Shown: positions 54,925 through 63,849 of the stretch, piece by piece
How positions within the stretch are numbered: the first letter of the stretch is position 1
How the letters are laid out: each line of letters starts with the position of its first letter
IMG/VR virus record: IMGVR_UViG_3300028392_000029
Coordinates: 159,177-223,176 of that record
Reading direction: 5' to 3' (one strand)
Length of the DNA stretch: 64,000 nucleotides
Position numbers and translations under genes: made by a program
The notes under the pieces: generated by a model
Seen by the model: only the letters and a program-made list of their open reading frames with translations
Databases searched by the model: none
Told to the model about the DNA's origin: nothing

Positions 54925-55188
54925 ATGTTAAAATTTATCAAAAGTTTTTTTAAGAAATCAGATCCAGTAGTGGCAGAGCCAGTTCCATATAAAGTCGAAG
55001 TTGCTCCGGTAGCAGAACTAGCACCAGTTGCTGTTCAAGCTGTAGAAGCAATGGTAGAGTCTATTATGCCAGCTGGGACAGAAGCATCAATGGCCGCACC
55101 TGTTACTAAATCTAAGAAAGCACCTGCGGCTAAGAAAGCACCAGCCGCAAAAAAGCCACGTGCTCCTAAAAAGCCTAAAGCAGAGTAA
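54925..55188 (+). CDS. Small protein with an amphipathic N-terminus and a histone-like KKAPAA tail
   Basis: GGAGG SD; MLKFIKSFF...KKAPAAKKAPAAKKPR. Confidence 0.75.
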   Translation: MLKFIKSFFKKSDPVVAEPVPYKVEVAPVAELAPVAVQAVEAMVESIMPAGTEASMAAPVTKSKKAPAAKKAPAAKKPRAPKKPKAE

Positions 55189-56200
55189 GTCGTTTAGCTT
55201 GCTCGTATAAGGCAAAACTTGCAAGATTTTTGCCTTTGCTTTCACACATAATATCGTGTGTGCTTAGAAAGCTCAGTGCCCATTCATTAACTTTTGTATT
55301 CCAATAAAAGTCTGAATGTGCTCTGAGCTTTTGCTTTTTGTATCCTGTTTCAAGTAACGCCGAGTGATTTGGGATTATATCAGTGTCATGATCCACAAGA
55401 TAGTCTTCACGAGATACTGAATAATGCATAGTAGGGCGCAGACCGCGCCAACTGTCCACGACACGCATAACACGGCTATCTGTGTTGCTGATGTATTGCC
55501 CTTCACGTATCCAGTGATGGTGTACGTCAAGCACAATAGGAATGATATCGCTAATAGTAAGACAGTCATCTAGCCCCCATGAGTTTTCTTCGTTTTCGAT
55601 TGTAATTGTATTTCGAGCTTCAGGTGATAGTCGCTGGTAAGCCCTGCGTATGCCTTCGGGGCCTTGGCGGCCTGATATGTGTACATTAATTTTAATGTCT
55701 TGGAAAGATTTACCATAGCCCATATATCGTGCCATGTCTGCGTGATATTCAAATTCTTCTATACTGCGCTGAACAATACCTTCATTATCACTAGCCAACA
55801 CAGTAAACTGGCCAGGATGAAAACTAAGGCGGACGTTGCGATCCTTAGCAATTCGACCAACGGTTCCAAACTGTTTTTCGCAATATTCAACCACATCGCT
55901 ACGTTGCCAAAAATAAGACCAGTCAGCGTGAGTATACACAGGCAGGATATCACTACTAATACGTACCATACGAAGGTTATCATCTAAATCTCCTACTCTC
56001 TCTACAAGTTTGCGGGTGGATTCGATGTTCTGAACCATTAGGTCCCATAGTTTTTGTTCTGCCACTTCTTTAGTTTGGCGTCGAAGCCAGCTGACAGTTG
56101 TACTACCGGTGTTATACTGTTTAGCATCATCTTTTGTATTAATGCCATTAACTTGATCTGCATGATCGATCCATTTACATGCGAAGCCTATACGTTTCAT
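55175..56200 (-). CDS. uvsE: UV damage endonuclease UvsE/UVDE
   Basis: RIGFACK, RISSDILP, HPGQF, NVHISG, IENEE, LDVHHH, HSD, MCESKGK; start set at MKRIGF. Confidence 0.92.
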   Translation of the reverse strand: MKRIGFACKWIDHADQVNGINTKDDAKQYNTGSTTVSWLRRQTKEVAEQKLWDLMVQNIESTRKLVERVGDLDDNLRMVRISSDILPVYTHADWSYFWQRSDVVEYCEKQFGTVGRIAKDRNVRLSFHPGQFTVLASDNEGIVQRSIEEFEYHADMARYMGYGKSFQDIKINVHISGRQGPEGIRRAYQRLSPEARNTITIENEENSWGLDDCLTISDIIPIVLDVHHHWIREGQYISNTDSRVMRVVDSWRGLRPTMHYSVSREDYLVDHDTDIIPNHSALLETGYKKQKLRAHSDFYWNTKVNEWALSFLSTHDIMCESKGKNLASFALYEQAKRLTLL

Positions 56201-56370
56201 TACCAATGCCTTATGACGCTTGCGATTATAAAAATGTTTGTAAGTACATATGATAACACAATTACAGCACGAATGCAAGCAATTCGATCCGATTCCTCGT
56301 CCGTACTGCCTGATTTTTCACCTAATGATTTTGCCCAAAGTCGCCAAAAATTACGGAAGTAAGTTCCCAT
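56200..56370 (-). CDS. Small membrane protein (56 aa; missed by the ORF track)
   Basis: MGTYFRNFWRLWAKSLGEKSG...IRAVIVLSYVLTNIFIIASVIRHW*; TAATG coupling to uvsE. Confidence 0.7.
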   Translation of the reverse strand: MGTYFRNFWRLWAKSLGEKSGSTDEESDRIACIRAVIVLSYVLTNIFIIASVIRHW

Positions 56371-57148
56371 TAGTCTTCTGCCAAATTCCTGTATGGATTA
56401 AGAGATCTTTGTGCCAACCTGGTATATTTTCCCAATAATGATGTTCATACCCATTATGCCCCTTTGTTACAAAATGGTCTTTATAAGACATTCTGATAAT
56501 AGTCTTAAATTTGGAATTCAGTAATTCTAAAGGATTATCGATGTCGATAATCGGGTGAAGAAATAATAATCCGTTATTGGCTAGCATATCATTAACTTTG
56601 TCAACGTACTTACTTAATGGATAATGCCACCCCCACGAAGCGCATGATATGACCAAGTTGACCGGAATTTGACTCCACACGGGTTGTTTATAATCTACAT
56701 TTATAAAATGAGATTGTGTACACCCATTAAGATTGATACATCTATATACCTGATCCCAATTGTTGTAAGGTGCATGATCTAACGAGTACATAGTGTTCGA
56801 ATTATCATTTACCTCGTTACCATCAACTAGCATAAATCTAGCATTGTTTATATTTTTTGATTGAAAAAATTTGTAAAGAATGATGTCGAAAATACTATTT
56901 CCGCATCCAACATCAAGAACAACGATTTGCTTATTTTGATCTGCAAAATTTTTAAAATATTCTAATACCTTCGGAGTTAACAAATCTTTTAATTTAGATG
57001 AATACCTATCTGATAACTCTTTTAGATATATATCGGGACTTAATCCGACCATTCCGTTTTGAATTAAAAGCATATCAATAAAATCCCCATCCGGTAGGAA
57101 TATGTCTATAGTTCCGTTGTTGGGTGTTTCAATTGCCAGTCTATTCAT
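56351..57148 (-). CDS. Class I SAM-dependent methyltransferase
   Basis: VLDVGCGNS, LVDG, LVISCASWGWHYP; start set at MNRLAI. Confidence 0.75.
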   Translation of the reverse strand: MNRLAIETPNNGTIDIFLPDGDFIDMLLIQNGMVGLSPDIYLKELSDRYSSKLKDLLTPKVLEYFKNFADQNKQIVVLDVGCGNSIFDIILYKFFQSKNINNARFMLVDGNEVNDNSNTMYSLDHAPYNNWDQVYRCINLNGCTQSHFINVDYKQPVWSQIPVNLVISCASWGWHYPLSKYVDKVNDMLANNGLLFLHPIIDIDNPLELLNSKFKTIIRMSYKDHFVTKGHNGYEHHYWENIPGWHKDLLIHTGIWQKTNGNLLP

Positions 57149-57158
57149 AATTTTATTT

Positions 57159-57608
57159 TTAGCCTTCGTATGTAGCCGAGTTAGCACCATGTTCTGCACA
57201 TTCTACCCTTACACAATAGCAACGATTATTAGTCTTTTCTCTTATTAATTGATCAGCAAAATTAAAAGCATGTTCAGCAAACTTCTCTGCACCTACGCCA
57301 TCAAAGATGCGAATCTCTGCTAGACCTAACATTTCCAATTCTAAAAACTTTGACAAATATGGATCACTTTTATCCAATGCTAGTTTGTGATCAAAGTGAT
57401 CTTCCAGCCATGCCTTGAGCAACTTAAGACCGCCAAAGTCTACTGCCCAGTTTTTATTGTCTAATGTTTCACAACCAAAGGTAAACGTAAATGCTAGACT
57501 ATAACCATGTAGCAAATGACAGTGACTGTGATCTGCGTTTGGTTGACGGAATACAGCACTTAGTCCAATGTTGTGTCCATAGTGTTTTGTTGAGTAAAAT
57601 TTTGCCAT
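57159..57608 (-). CDS. queD: 6-carboxy-5,6,7,8-tetrahydropterin synthase
   Basis: HCHLLHGYS, WAVDFGGLK, FDHKL, GAEKFAE, VECAEHGANSA. Confidence 0.88.
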   Translation of the reverse strand: MAKFYSTKHYGHNIGLSAVFRQPNADHSHCHLLHGYSLAFTFTFGCETLDNKNWAVDFGGLKLLKAWLEDHFDHKLALDKSDPYLSKFLELEMLGLAEIRIFDGVGAEKFAEHAFNFADQLIREKTNNRCYCVRVECAEHGANSATYEG

Positions 57609-57675
57609 TGTTATCTCCTAAGATTAAGCAATGGCATGCAGAGTTTATATTGCGGGATGAATGCCTAAGTCCGCA
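57603..57675 (-). ncRNA. Candidate riboswitch-like pseudoknot leader of queD
   Basis: P1 UGCGG/CCGCA; loop GGCAU pairs with downstream AUGCC across an A-rich linker; competing SD/start-sequestering hairpin. Confidence 0.5.
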
Positions 57676-57682
57676 TAGTATA

Positions 57683-57710
57683 ATTATACACTTTTATGCG
57701 TCTAGGTCAA
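57683..57710 (-). promoter_or_regulatory. sigma70-type promoter of queD (TTGACC-N16-TATAAT)
   Basis: Places the transcription start just before the P1 stem. Confidence 0.7.
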
Positions 57711-57712
57711 GT

Positions 57713-59734
57713 TTATTGATTAGCAATCATGCCAAACCCTAACCATTGACCAGGATTGCCAGACACTGTGCATACCCAGCCAACATAGCTGTTTGCTCTT
57801 GGCTCAGTATTCCAGCAGACATCACCTGCATTGTAAGTTCCTACTGTTGGAAAACTTGTATTATTTGTGAATCGTTTATTGCCAATACTAACATCACCGT
57901 TGACAGCAAAACTTAAACTTGGATCTGGATTATTAACCCCTACAGTCAGTGCTCCGAAAACCTTAACAGTTTTACGTGTGTTAGATTTATCACCTAGTAC
58001 AATCTGTGTTGAATCACTACTAAGTACATTTGACTGCTGATTAGTGATTGATACTACTCCACCGAAGTTAATGTTAGCTGTAGTAATATCTATACTGTTT
58101 GTGCCGTCATTTAGTAGTAGTGACTTAACTTTAACATTACCCTGGCTTGCATCGATGTCATCTAAAAATGTACTATGTCCCGATACTGATAATGAATTTA
58201 ATGTTCCAAGAGCAGTTAAGTTACTATTAACAATACTAGATCCTAACCCTGTGGCAGTGACAGCAACTCTGCTGCCAATGTAATAGCTTTGATCAGCATG
58301 CAGATCTATACTTTCACTGCTGTATAACCTGTCAGGGCCAGCCATCATAATCAACTGTCTTGGCGCACCCGTACCAGACCATACCAAACCTAGACCGTAT
58401 ATGCTAGTATCTGTAGTTGCTTGGAATTGCATTGGACTTGTTCGGTCTATTCTAGTGTCAGCCACTAGATTGCTAACATGCAATGTACCATAAATATTCA
58501 CCACAGCATTTTGACCAGCGGCGTTACCAAAGTTTACTTCTCCGCTATTCTTTACAGTGATACGTGCAATATTGTCTGTAGTAATTTCGAGATCGTGATT
58601 ACTGTGTGTTCCAATAGAGGCTACATTAGTTCTCTGACTCCCGATACCGATTTCAACATTGTTATCAACAATACTGAAACTAGCATTAGGCTCGTCAGTG
58701 CCAATACCAATTCTGTTGTATGTACTATTAATAAAGACAAACTCTCCAAGGGCAGTATCGCCTGATACTGACAAACTTTCCAAAGTTCCAACAGTTTTTA
58801 AATTACTATTAACAATAGTGGATCCTAAAGTACCATTGGATAGTACTGGTACATTGTCGATCCTAAAACTAGAGTTTACATCTAAGTCTAAATGGCTGTT
58901 AGTCCACAATCTAGAACCGTTTCGATATACTAGCATGTTGTCGCTAGTACCAGTTACCCAATGTATGCCCTGTCCGTTTAATTGTTGTTCAGTGTTGGCA
59001 GTAAAGTTTCCTAACTCAAAAGCCGCACCCGATTCAGTAATTACTTGACTAGCTTTAATTGTTTGAGCAGTTAGAGTGCCGGTAATTGTAACAGGGCCGT
59101 CAATCTCAACCGAGTTATTGAATTTAGTAAGTCCGTTAATTTCAGTAAGTCCGTCTACTGTTAACGACTGTAATCGACCTAGGGTTTTTAAATTACTACT
59201 AGTAACTCCTGTACCTAGTGCCGTATGCGATAGTACAGGTGAGCCACTGATGTGATAGCTTTGGTCTACACCCAAATCTATTTCTAGAGTAGATGCTAGT
59301 CGACCATTTCTGTAAAGTAATGAACTAACGACAGTTGGTCCAACTTTCCAAACAAGCCCCTTTCCATTTAAATCAGCATTTTGCATGCCTGTGAATGTTA
59401 ACGGCTCTCTAGTTTCTTGTGTTACATCTGCGATTAAGTTAGCAACGGTAATTGTATTTGCACTAATATTACCAGATATGATTAAATCTTTAAGAAATCT
59501 TGTATCTTCCGAAACACTAATAGTGCCGTCAACTGTTAAGTTTCCAGCAACTTGTACGTTTCCGTCTAGCTTCTTTGTTCTAATGGTGTCAACAGTAGCC
59601 ATACCGTTAGAAACAATAAGACTAGTTTGACCAGCTAGATCTTGTATGCCGGTACTTTGGAATTGCGTGATTACGCCGCCGGAAACCTTGTTTCCACTTA
59701 TAGAACCGTCTGGTATAATTGTATTGTCAGCCAT
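57713..59734 (-). CDS. Virion structural protein with three internal repeats
   Basis: Three copies of G-x-x-W...LD(L/H)...(VLS/AVT)xxxLG-x3-x(S/N)SNL-x3-G-x-L; late promoter upstream. Confidence 0.65.
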   Translation of the reverse strand: MADNTIIPDGSISGNKVSGGVITQFQSTGIQDLAGQTSLIVSNGMATVDTIRTKKLDGNVQVAGNLTVDGTISVSEDTRFLKDLIISGNISANTITVANLIADVTQETREPLTFTGMQNADLNGKGLVWKVGPTVVSSLLYRNGRLASTLEIDLGVDQSYHISGSPVLSHTALGTGVTSSNLKTLGRLQSLTVDGLTEINGLTKFNNSVEIDGPVTITGTLTAQTIKASQVITESGAAFELGNFTANTEQQLNGQGIHWVTGTSDNMLVYRNGSRLWTNSHLDLDVNSSFRIDNVPVLSNGTLGSTIVNSNLKTVGTLESLSVSGDTALGEFVFINSTYNRIGIGTDEPNASFSIVDNNVEIGIGSQRTNVASIGTHSNHDLEITTDNIARITVKNSGEVNFGNAAGQNAVVNIYGTLHVSNLVADTRIDRTSPMQFQATTDTSIYGLGLVWSGTGAPRQLIMMAGPDRLYSSESIDLHADQSYYIGSRVAVTATGLGSSIVNSNLTALGTLNSLSVSGHSTFLDDIDASQGNVKVKSLLLNDGTNSIDITTANINFGGVVSITNQQSNVLSSDSTQIVLGDKSNTRKTVKVFGALTVGVNNPDPSLSFAVNGDVSIGNKRFTNNTSFPTVGTYNAGDVCWNTEPRANSYVGWVCTVSGNPGQWLGFGMIANQ

Positions 59735-59750
59735 GGATAAACACTCTCTT

Positions 59751-59765
59751 TTGAGTATTTATCCA
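59751..59765 (-). promoter_or_regulatory. Late promoter TGGATAAATACTCAA
   Basis: 15-nt identity with 54010-54024. Confidence 0.65.
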
Positions 59766-59776
59766 CGGACTGGTGC

Positions 59777-60979
59777 TTAACTAGATGCTTTAAGAATAAT
59801 GATTTCTTCGTTTAAACGACCATTTAGGCGTGTATCAGTAGCATTGATATCGTCTAAGAACTTACGTAACTGCACCTTACCTGCCGCTTTGAACTCTTTA
59901 AGTTTCTCTTCGGGCTTGCGTAGTGTTTTCTGGACACTAGTAGACTCGTTGAAGTTAACAATACTTGCACCCTTAACACCTAGTTCTTTGTACTCTTCTG
60001 CAATATAGCGTCCGAGCTTTCGGCTCTTAGTGTTGTAAGTCCATACTTCCTTAGCACCGATGATGTCTGTAGGATTAATACTAACAAGTTTTAAAGGTTC
60101 GCAAGATTTCATGTACTTGAGTTTAGCAACAATCTTTTCTTTAGGCTGTGCCTTTTTAGCACGTGGAGCGCGATTAACCTTAGCCTCTTGTGCTAACATA
60201 TCACATGCACTTGCAATTTCTTGATAGAACGCAATTAGACTGCGAATTTGCTTTTTAGTACGATGGCTGTATGCTTCTTTCAATTGCTCGTCACCGTTAC
60301 CACTAGCAAGTTCTTCTAGCTCGGCTAGATCTCTAGCATATAGGTTTTTAATAATACGAGCATGTGCGGCTTTGACTTCTTTGCCTTTGAGCAAGTTCAA
60401 AACCTTAAATGCTTTTGGATCAAACGACTCTGGATCGTTTTGAAAACCTTCGATAGCATCCTCTAATTCTTCAGTCATGCGGAACGAAGCTTCACGAACC
60501 CGATCCTGTATACTAGGTTGCGGAATTACAGGCTTGGCTGCTTCAGCGGCCTTTGCTTCATCTTCGTCAACATCATTTTTACCATCAGCGATAACCTTGA
60601 CAATCTCTGCTCGCAACCAAGCACTAGTATCTCGCCCGTCATTAAAATCTGCGCGAACTGCTGGCATCCCACGAAGTAAACAGCTGGCAATAGCACCCAT
60701 GGTTGAGTTACAACGATTGTCTTTAGTTTTCTTAAAGGCGGCAATGTCTTCCTTAGTGCAACCCACAGTAGCCATCCATTTAAGCACAGCAGGCTTCAAA
60801 TCTTTGCCGTTGAATTCTAAGCGATAGTATTCCATAGCATGATGCCAGTGACGCAAAAATTGCGAAGCGTCCATAGACTCTACATTATCCCAAACTGGGC
60901 TATGATCTTTAGCCGCTTTGGTGCGATGAGCAGTTACCTGCTTTTTGGTAACTCTAGTTTTGGTTGCCACTTTAGCCAT
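59777..60979 (-). CDS. Conserved phage hypothetical protein (400 aa, early promoter)
   Basis: AGGAG SD; C-terminal KTLRKPEE...NGRLNEEIIILK. Confidence 0.8.
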   Translation of the reverse strand: MAKVATKTRVTKKQVTAHRTKAAKDHSPVWDNVESMDASQFLRHWHHAMEYYRLEFNGKDLKPAVLKWMATVGCTKEDIAAFKKTKDNRCNSTMGAIASCLLRGMPAVRADFNDGRDTSAWLRAEIVKVIADGKNDVDEDEAKAAEAAKPVIPQPSIQDRVREASFRMTEELEDAIEGFQNDPESFDPKAFKVLNLLKGKEVKAAHARIIKNLYARDLAELEELASGNGDEQLKEAYSHRTKKQIRSLIAFYQEIASACDMLAQEAKVNRAPRAKKAQPKEKIVAKLKYMKSCEPLKLVSINPTDIIGAKEVWTYNTKSRKLGRYIAEEYKELGVKGASIVNFNESTSVQKTLRKPEEKLKEFKAAGKVQLRKFLDDINATDTRLNGRLNEEIIILKASS

Positions 60980-61010
60980 TTTTCACTCCTGTGTGTTAAA
61001 CAATATACAT

Positions 61011-61039
61011 ATTATAGCACCGTTGGAGGTAGTTGTCAA
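61011..61039 (-). promoter_or_regulatory. sigma70 consensus promoter with extended -10
   Basis: TTGACA-actacctccaacggTGc(17)-TATAAT. Confidence 0.85.
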
Positions 61040-61923
61040 CCTGTAGATCTATTTAAGATTTTGATTTCTATACTTTTGGCTAGTCTATCTGCAACTCTAC
61101 GATTCCAGGTTTCCCCAAAATGCAGACCATCTCGTGCCATATTTTCGGGTAGCATCTCGCCGGCAGATAGATTTGCCCAAATTATATCATCAAATTTGAT
61201 ATTTAATTGTTCTTCCCACATGGTATCATAAGTCCATTGGTATACCGGAATACCGGCCAGTCGCCATAATAGTATAGTCGAGTGATACATCATAAGAGCA
61301 TTATAAGAGTCTGATTTATGCTTGATCATACAGCTATAAAATTCTGTTAGATTTGGACTACCTTTGGGAAAGTTTGCGTAACTTTCATCTAACTGCCAAG
61401 GGCCGAGCATACCATATGCTTCTAAATTTTTATACATCATCCTACAGGTTTGAGGCCATTGTATTACTACAAATTTTGGTCTGATGCTAGATGTGTTTTT
61501 TAAAAATAACAAAGAGTTAAGATAAACTAATTCTGCACTTCCGCCGCCCTTGGCATGATTAATTACAGGTATATTTAATTTGTCGCTAAGGATATTCGCC
61601 CACATTTCGTCTTCAGCTAATCCTTCGCCCTCCGTGAAACTGCAACCAAACACCATAAAGAAATTGTTATCAGTAACATCGGATAGGTCTTTGCTACGGT
61701 ATCCTAATGAGTTTTTTGCATATGAAATTTGCTTAGTAGCATATCGCCATGATGGTCCCATAATCTTTAGATTTTTAAAATAAAGTTTTTCAGTATCAGT
61801 ACCATTAGGACTAAAAGTAGTTGGGGCGGTGCGGTCTGAGAAATTAACAGCAATGCTATTGTATGAGTCAACTCTATCAATAATTCGTCCCAAGTTATGT
61901 TTATTAACAGTAAGATTATTCAT
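61036..61923 (-). CDS. SGNH/GDSL-hydrolase-like protein
   Basis: NSLGYRS, FGCSFTEG, NHAKGGGS, RDGLHFG. Confidence 0.65.
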   Translation of the reverse strand: MNNLTVNKHNLGRIIDRVDSYNSIAVNFSDRTAPTTFSPNGTDTEKLYFKNLKIMGPSWRYATKQISYAKNSLGYRSKDLSDVTDNNFFMVFGCSFTEGEGLAEDEMWANILSDKLNIPVINHAKGGGSAELVYLNSLLFLKNTSSIRPKFVVIQWPQTCRMMYKNLEAYGMLGPWQLDESYANFPKGSPNLTEFYSCMIKHKSDSYNALMMYHSTILLWRLAGIPVYQWTYDTMWEEQLNIKFDDIIWANLSAGEMLPENMARDGLHFGETWNRRVADRLAKSIEIKILNRSTG

Positions 61924-63277
61924 TTTCTTTTTCGCATATTTGATAAAATCCAGTCATTTCTGGAAATGTTTTTTTAAAATCTGTATTTCGCCTATGATCA
62001 TGTTCAGCGAACCATGCATGGAAGTCTTTGCGGCCTTCTCTTAATTTATTATCGGAGTAAAAAGTAGTCTCCATATAGTTGACTACTCTACGAAATTTTT
62101 CATATTCCAACTCTGAAAATGTACCAGCAGTGAGTCCGATATTGTCTTTTATAAAATTTAAACTAGCATGCATATATGGCATAAATTCTTCTTTAGGTAA
62201 GATATTTATATCGTACTGTAAAGGTTCTTTAAGATACGGAGTATCAAATCTAATTCTGTGCTGATTAATATGTGCGTACCACCCATATAGTCTACGCCAT
62301 TCTAACAGTTTTTGCAAGAGTGTCTTAAATCCGGTCACTGACAATATATTGAATGTTATCATAAATGTAATTGGATTTTTAGTCTTTAACATATATGTAT
62401 GGAAATTGTATTCCCAAGATTTCAAATCTAGTCCAGTGCGTATGTATTCTGCCGGAGCGCCCCAAGTATCTAAACTAGTGAACAGTTTAAATCCTTTTAT
62501 CTTTTTCTCAGCTCTGAGTTTTTCAACCTTTTCTGCTAGGCGTTCAACTAAAATGGGTTTAACACCTAGGTTACTGTTAATGTTTAGTTCTAAGTTTGGC
62601 AACGGGTTTTTATCTAAATCTTCTAGCAGTCGCCATGTCGATTTTTGCAATAAAGGCTCGCCGCCGGTGATGCGTAAAATATTTAGAGTTCTACTTACAG
62701 TTGGCCACCACTTCCACCATGCATCCACATACGGATTCGATTCTTCTTCGTAGATAACAAGTTTGTCTATACCAAAGTGGTGATTCTTGACTGGGTATGG
62801 GCCGTGTTGTTTTATTTCTTTGTAGTAGGCACTAGACGCTTTTGGATGACAGTACCCGCATTTAAAATTGCACTCATTTCCAAAACTTACTTCAATGTAT
62901 TCTGGATTAACATTAAAGTCAGGGCCTTGCGTAAGTATCTCATTAAATCGATGGTCTGTGTATATACTGGCATTGCGTTCGTGGCGATCGCTGATGTAAT
63001 CATCGCCCATTGCTTCAATGTTCCAACAGTACTGGCATCCACTGGGTTTTTCACCGTTTAACATTTCTAAACGCTGTGTCTTTTTTTCGTTGGTATTATG
63101 TATCGCACTAGGATTACTTTTAATCTCTTCCAGCGGGATAGTATGTGGGGCAGGGTGATAACAACTGTGTGTTTCACCTGACTGCAAGTAGATAGTAGTA
63201 TGATGCCATTTAGCAAGACAAAATGTTTTACTAGCTGTATCTGTTATATCTTTTATTTCAAATATCCGTTGTTTCAT
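61916..63277 (-). CDS. Radical SAM protein with an N-terminal twitch/SPASM-like domain
   Basis: CNFKCGYC, ITGGEPL, extra Cys in FCLAKW...SCYH...CQYCW. Confidence 0.88.
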   Translation of the reverse strand: MKQRIFEIKDITDTASKTFCLAKWHHTTIYLQSGETHSCYHPAPHTIPLEEIKSNPSAIHNTNEKKTQRLEMLNGEKPSGCQYCWNIEAMGDDYISDRHERNASIYTDHRFNEILTQGPDFNVNPEYIEVSFGNECNFKCGYCHPKASSAYYKEIKQHGPYPVKNHHFGIDKLVIYEEESNPYVDAWWKWWPTVSRTLNILRITGGEPLLQKSTWRLLEDLDKNPLPNLELNINSNLGVKPILVERLAEKVEKLRAEKKIKGFKLFTSLDTWGAPAEYIRTGLDLKSWEYNFHTYMLKTKNPITFMITFNILSVTGFKTLLQKLLEWRRLYGWYAHINQHRIRFDTPYLKEPLQYDINILPKEEFMPYMHASLNFIKDNIGLTAGTFSELEYEKFRRVVNYMETTFYSDNKLREGRKDFHAWFAEHDHRRNTDFKKTFPEMTGFYQICEKENE

Positions 63278-63849
63278 TTATCTTTCATAATGTAGTGTAC
63301 ACCAATGCTTATCCTTAATGGACTGTTTTTAGGTGCTTCTGCTTTATGATGGATATTGGCTGGAAACAAAACTGCTCGACCTTTTTTATACTGACATCTA
63401 AATATTTCAGTAGTATGATCAGTGTCGTAAAACACAGTATCGCCGTCACTGTCGTTTACATAATAAACTAATACCCAGGCAATTGGGTCTGGATAATCAA
63501 TATGAGGATTAAGATCAAACCCACGCAATGTTCCATTGAACCGCACCCGTGCAAGTCTAACCACTTCTAAGTCTGGCAGTGCTTTGGGTATTACATCAAT
63601 AGTTAGTGCATCATTCAGCAACTTGGTAATACTGTGGAACTCATTAACTTCTCTGTTGGTAATATCGAACACCATGTAGCTCAATGCCCATTCTTTCCCA
63701 GCATTGTGCATGGCATCAATTTCAATCCAACTCCACGGTATGCCTCTGCTGATTTTATCTATGTAAGTTTCAAACCATGCGGGAAACGCATTATCGAGTA
63801 CGATAATTTTACTAGTATCCACCTCGTCTTTTAATTTTCTCAAGTCCAT
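63274..63849 (-). CDS. 2OG-Fe(II) oxygenase
   Basis: PHIDY, YYVNDSDGDT, H-x9-RIS. Confidence 0.85.
   Translation of the reverse strand: MDLRKLKDEVDTSKIIVLDNAFPAWFETYIDKISRGIPWSWIEIDAMHNAGKEWALSYMVFDITNREVNEFHSITKLLNDALTIDVIPKALPDLEVVRLARVRFNGTLRGFDLNPHIDYPDPIAWVLVYYVNDSDGDTVFYDTDHTTEIFRCQYKKGRAVLFPANIHHKAEAPKNSPLRISIGVHYIMKDK

Noticed and set aside
6344-57199. Longest-ORF starts in the track (754, 6356, 7239, 12182, 15532, 23370, 26123, 29254, 29514, 30792, 56278, 57199)
   Set aside because: They overlap upstream genes or promoters. Downstream ATGs with SD sites, translational coupling or family-typical N-termini were used instead
2070-63834. Many short plus-strand and alternate-frame ORFs in the track
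   Set aside because: They are shadows of long minus-strand genes with no SD or recognisable motifs. Only phoH, 54057..54344 and 54925..55188 have supporting promoters or SD sites
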